Positions 61,337 to 64,000 of a stretch of 64,000 bases of DNA are shown here, one piece after another. Position numbers and translations under genes: made by a program. Below the pieces are notes generated by a model. That model had not been told where the DNA came from and made no database searches. It saw only the letters and a list, made by a program, of their open reading frames with translations. Numbering within the stretch: the first letter of the stretch is position 1; each line of letters starts with the position of its first letter. Origin of the DNA: Andalucia godoyi And28. Taxonomy: Eukaryota; Protista; Jakobida. The stretch spans positions 127,618 to 191,617 of the forward strand of contig VRVR01000014.1 in the NCBI GenBank assembly GCA_009859145.1. Reading direction: 5' to 3'.

Positions 61337-61502
61337 AATCTGGAAACGAAGGCCTTGAAAAACGTTCAAAAAGAAAAGAAAAAGAGAGATGGATGATGTG
61401 GCCCTGTTTTGGGCGTTTTCGTGTTTCCCCCCTCCCCCTTCCATTGTTGTAATGATTCCGAGAAAAAATGAATATAAGTCCCAGTAGCGCCTGTTTGCAC
61501 AA

Positions 61503-62603
61503 CTATCTTTCCGGTTGCTTTGTGAGAATCCGCTCCGCAATCGCCTTGGCCTTCATCGCAGCTTCTCTGCCTTCCTTTGTCCGTTCTGATCCCTTCATCT
61601 TTCCACAGAGGGTGGCAAAGTTCACATACACTGAATACAGCCGAGGATGGTATTGACCCAGCGAGGCTTCGAACAATGCGATCGCTCTACTATAGTATTC
61701 ATGCGATCTATTGTATTTTTTCAAGTAGAAGCACGCCAACGCAATGTTGTTTAGCACCGAAGCATAGTCTGGTCCGGACATAGAGCGCGGATCTTGCTCA
61801 ATCATGCCTTCCGCCAAATGCAGGGTTGCCAATGCTTCTTCATACTTTTTCTCGTGAATCCCAAGAAGGCCTAGGTTACCCAGCAGATAGACTTCTCCCA
61901 CGAGCTGCTTGTCTGCGCGTTTGCTCTGCACATCGACTTCTGAGTTTGGGTTTGCTTTCAAGTGCCTGACGATCTCCAATGCTTCATTGTATGCCTTTCG
62001 AGACAGTGCAAACTGCGAGTCATGGGAATACGCAAGTCCGAGGTTATTGTAAACCGTCGCAGCGTCTGCAGCGTCTCCAAGCTCCAATCGCAGTCCTACG
62101 GATTGCAGCAAATGCGGGATTGCGTCCTTTGGTTGCAGCATGTCAATGTACACCAATCCAAGGTTGTTCAATGCCGAGCTGCGAATCAGCTTTTCCGCAT
62201 GCTTCACATCCAGAGGCAGCTTATCAAACAGATTTAGAGCGCGCATCAAAGCGGCCTTTGCTTCGGTGAACGACCCAGCAAGTCGATGAGCTTCGCCGAC
62301 GTTATTGTACACAAACACATGGTGAAGAACATACTGCGGATCCGCTGTCGCTGTCGTCGTGGATTCAACCAGCTGATTGGTCTCCGAATTGAACTGTGAA
62401 GAGACGCGCGCATCCATCGATTTTTCAAACAACGATATTGCGTCATTGTAGCGTCGCTCTGCAACAGCTCGCAATCCTGACGATATCAGTTCATCGTTGG
62501 ATGCACAAGCCGAAAAGCGCCTATGAGACAACGGTGGAGTCAAACCACTCCTCGTTCGAGACAGCAGCGCAGAAACGCGGAGAAGCCGAAACATCGATCC
62601 CAC
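61503..62603 (-). CDS. TPR-repeat protein with possible mitochondrial presequence
   Basis: Repeated YNN.G / LNNLG TPR motifs; Arg/Ser/Leu-rich N-terminus. Confidence 0.82.
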   Translation of the reverse strand: MGSMFRLLRVSALLSRTRSGLTPPLSHRRFSACASNDELISSGLRAVAERRYNDAISLFEKSMDARVSSQFNSETNQLVESTTTATADPQYVLHHVFVYNNVGEAHRLAGSFTEAKAALMRALNLFDKLPLDVKHAEKLIRSSALNNLGLVYIDMLQPKDAIPHLLQSVGLRLELGDAADAATVYNNLGLAYSHDSQFALSRKAYNEALEIVRHLKANPNSEVDVQSKRADKQLVGEVYLLGNLGLLGIHEKKYEEALATLHLAEGMIEQDPRSMSGPDYASVLNNIALACFYLKKYNRSHEYYSRAIALFEASLGQYHPRLYSVYVNFATLCGKMKGSERTKEGREAAMKAKAIAERILTKQPER

Positions 62604-62837
62604 AAAATCAAATCCGATTCAATAAAAAATATATTAATTAATAAAACATGTCCAAAGCTCGTTTTTCCACAGTCGAAAGCAAGCAGGGTTTGTTTACCGC
62701 TGCCAGTTATCGCGATATGATGAAGCAATCTAAAGCGCACGTAAACAGAACCACTGCTGCGCGTCATGCGCATGTGTCTGTTATCTTAGTAAATAAATAA
62801 ATAAATGAATGAATGCAAGAACTATTTACATTGGGAA

Positions 62838-64000
62838 TCATTGGGAATCGTTGTCGAAAATTCCAGTGTATGCATAAAACACACGCCTGTCGTGCATGTC
62901 ATCCGGATTGCGCGTGCGGAAGAGAGGAAGGGCGCCAATTCGCTTCGATGAGCAGGAGCTGAGAACCATCCGCACGTCGTCTTTCAGGCTGCCGTTCGCT
63001 TCTTCCGGGAAAAATGCGGGAATGCTCGCGCAGAGGAGATCCGAAGGAACGCCACGACTCCCAAAATTTCGCATGACCTCGAAGACTTTCTGTTGGAACT
63101 GCGGCGTTTCCCACCGCTGCATTGCTGTGCAACTGGGCGTGCACCAAGGCTCGAGGGCTGCCGATAGTGACGGCGACGGCGGTGCTGATTGCAGTGTTGA
63201 CGATGACTGATTCTCTTCAAAGGGAACCACTCGTGGCATTGCCTGGTCAGCGGGATGTTGCGAGTCGCCGGCGATCCAAAACGGCGGGATGAATTCTTCT
63301 GAGAGATGGTGCAGCTCCTCCTGCTCTGAATCCCTTGGAGAATACTCACTGTCCAGCGTTGGAAGGTGCAGCGTACCTTGCCTCGTTTTCTGCATTCCTT
63401 TCTTCCTTTCCGCTGCAAGGTTTTCAAGAGACATGAGAAGATCACGAACTCCAGAGGTGTTTGGATCCATGGTTCGAGAAGTATTGGAACCGAGACTTTG
63501 GTTCACGAGCAACGGAGAATCACTGCTGAATGACGTCGTCTGAATCCATTCTCCTTGGCGACCGTCGTGTCTCAAACTGGAAAACCTGTTGGTCGCTTGC
63601 AGCTGCTTGGATCCCGGAACCGGTGCACTGGCACGCGGTGCACTTGTCGGCCTTTTGAAATGACATCCGTTCTGCGTTTGTCCGTATCTCTGGAATGCTG
63701 GATGCAGCATGGCCGGCATATGAGCAGCGTCGTCCGCGGACAGCTGGGACGAAGTATGACTTCTAAAAGTGGCAGCATCCGTTTCCGACGAAAGGCTCGT
63801 ATTCAGAGAGCTCCGCGTGCTTCGTTGCATGGGCACCGAGCGAGGATCCGAGGGCGATTGTGCGCCACTGAGAGTGACGTTTGAAAGGTCCACGCTCCAG
63901 ATATCGTCACAGAACTTGTCCTGATGGGTTCCGCAAGTTATGATCAGCTCGTTGCCGTGTCGGACAGCACAGTGTCCTTCTCTTGATGGGGGACAGCGGG
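62838..64000 (-). CDS. Kelch-repeat protein, 3' part (5' end beyond window)
   Basis: Frame is open to the window edge: PPSREGHCAVRHGNELIITCG...DDIWSVDL. Confidence 0.75.
   Translation of the reverse strand, partial: RCPPSREGHCAVRHGNELIITCGTHQDKFCDDIWSVDLSNVTLSGAQSPSDPRSVPMQRSTRSSLNTSLSSETDAATFRSHTSSQLSADDAAHMPAMLHPAFQRYGQTQNGCHFKRPTSAPRASAPVPGSKQLQATNRFSSLRHDGRQGEWIQTTSFSSDSPLLVNQSLGSNTSRTMDPNTSGVRDLLMSLENLAAERKKGMQKTRQGTLHLPTLDSEYSPRDSEQEELHHLSEEFIPPFWIAGDSQHPADQAMPRVVPFEENQSSSTLQSAPPSPSLSAALEPWCTPSCTAMQRWETPQFQQKVFEVMRNFGSRGVPSDLLCASIPAFFPEEANGSLKDDVRMVLSSCSSKRIGALPLFRTRNPDDMHDRRVFYAYTGIFDNDSQ

Noticed and set aside
1-64000. CRISPR array, rRNA, spliceosomal snRNA, intact Fanzor or IS607 serine-recombinase transposase
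   Set aside because: No regularly spaced repeats and no recognisable conserved motifs or intact ORFs for these in the window

Overview
Gene-dense, nearly intronless DNA from a unicellular eukaryote (one clear GT-AG intron, in SAS10); the species cannot be named from sequence alone. About 28 ordinary genes are present, including secernin, monoamine oxidase, SAS10, ALDH7, CMS1, MED9, a cullin, RRP1, a vanin-like hydrolase, a DHHC acyltransferase, an endoglycoceramidase, Fes1, a GBP-type GTPase and two very large Cys-rich surface proteins. Two things stand out. (1) Intergenic DNA is littered with decayed Fanzor2 (IS607-TnpB-like) elements: N-terminal and RuvC/Zn-finger fragments, plus five copies of a ~120-160 nt structured element ending T(T/C)AGTG(T/C)A(T/C)AATGTAGGC (one variant ends AATGTAAGT; one copy is cut by the window edge). 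Where sequence is visible it starts in the RuvC-III-like codons, as expected for an omegaRNA scaffold. Each copy has a different 3' flank (potential guide) and keeps its stems and pseudoknot potential while the ORFs are ruined. No intact Fanzor or transposase is in the window. (2) A header-less P-loop NTPase + PD-(Q)xK nuclease + SAP gene (Crinkler/CR-effector-like) sits in a 3.0 kb insert flanked by a 583 bp direct duplication of host DNA, with a 20 bp internal direct repeat across the junction. All domain calls are motif recognition by eye, not database results.
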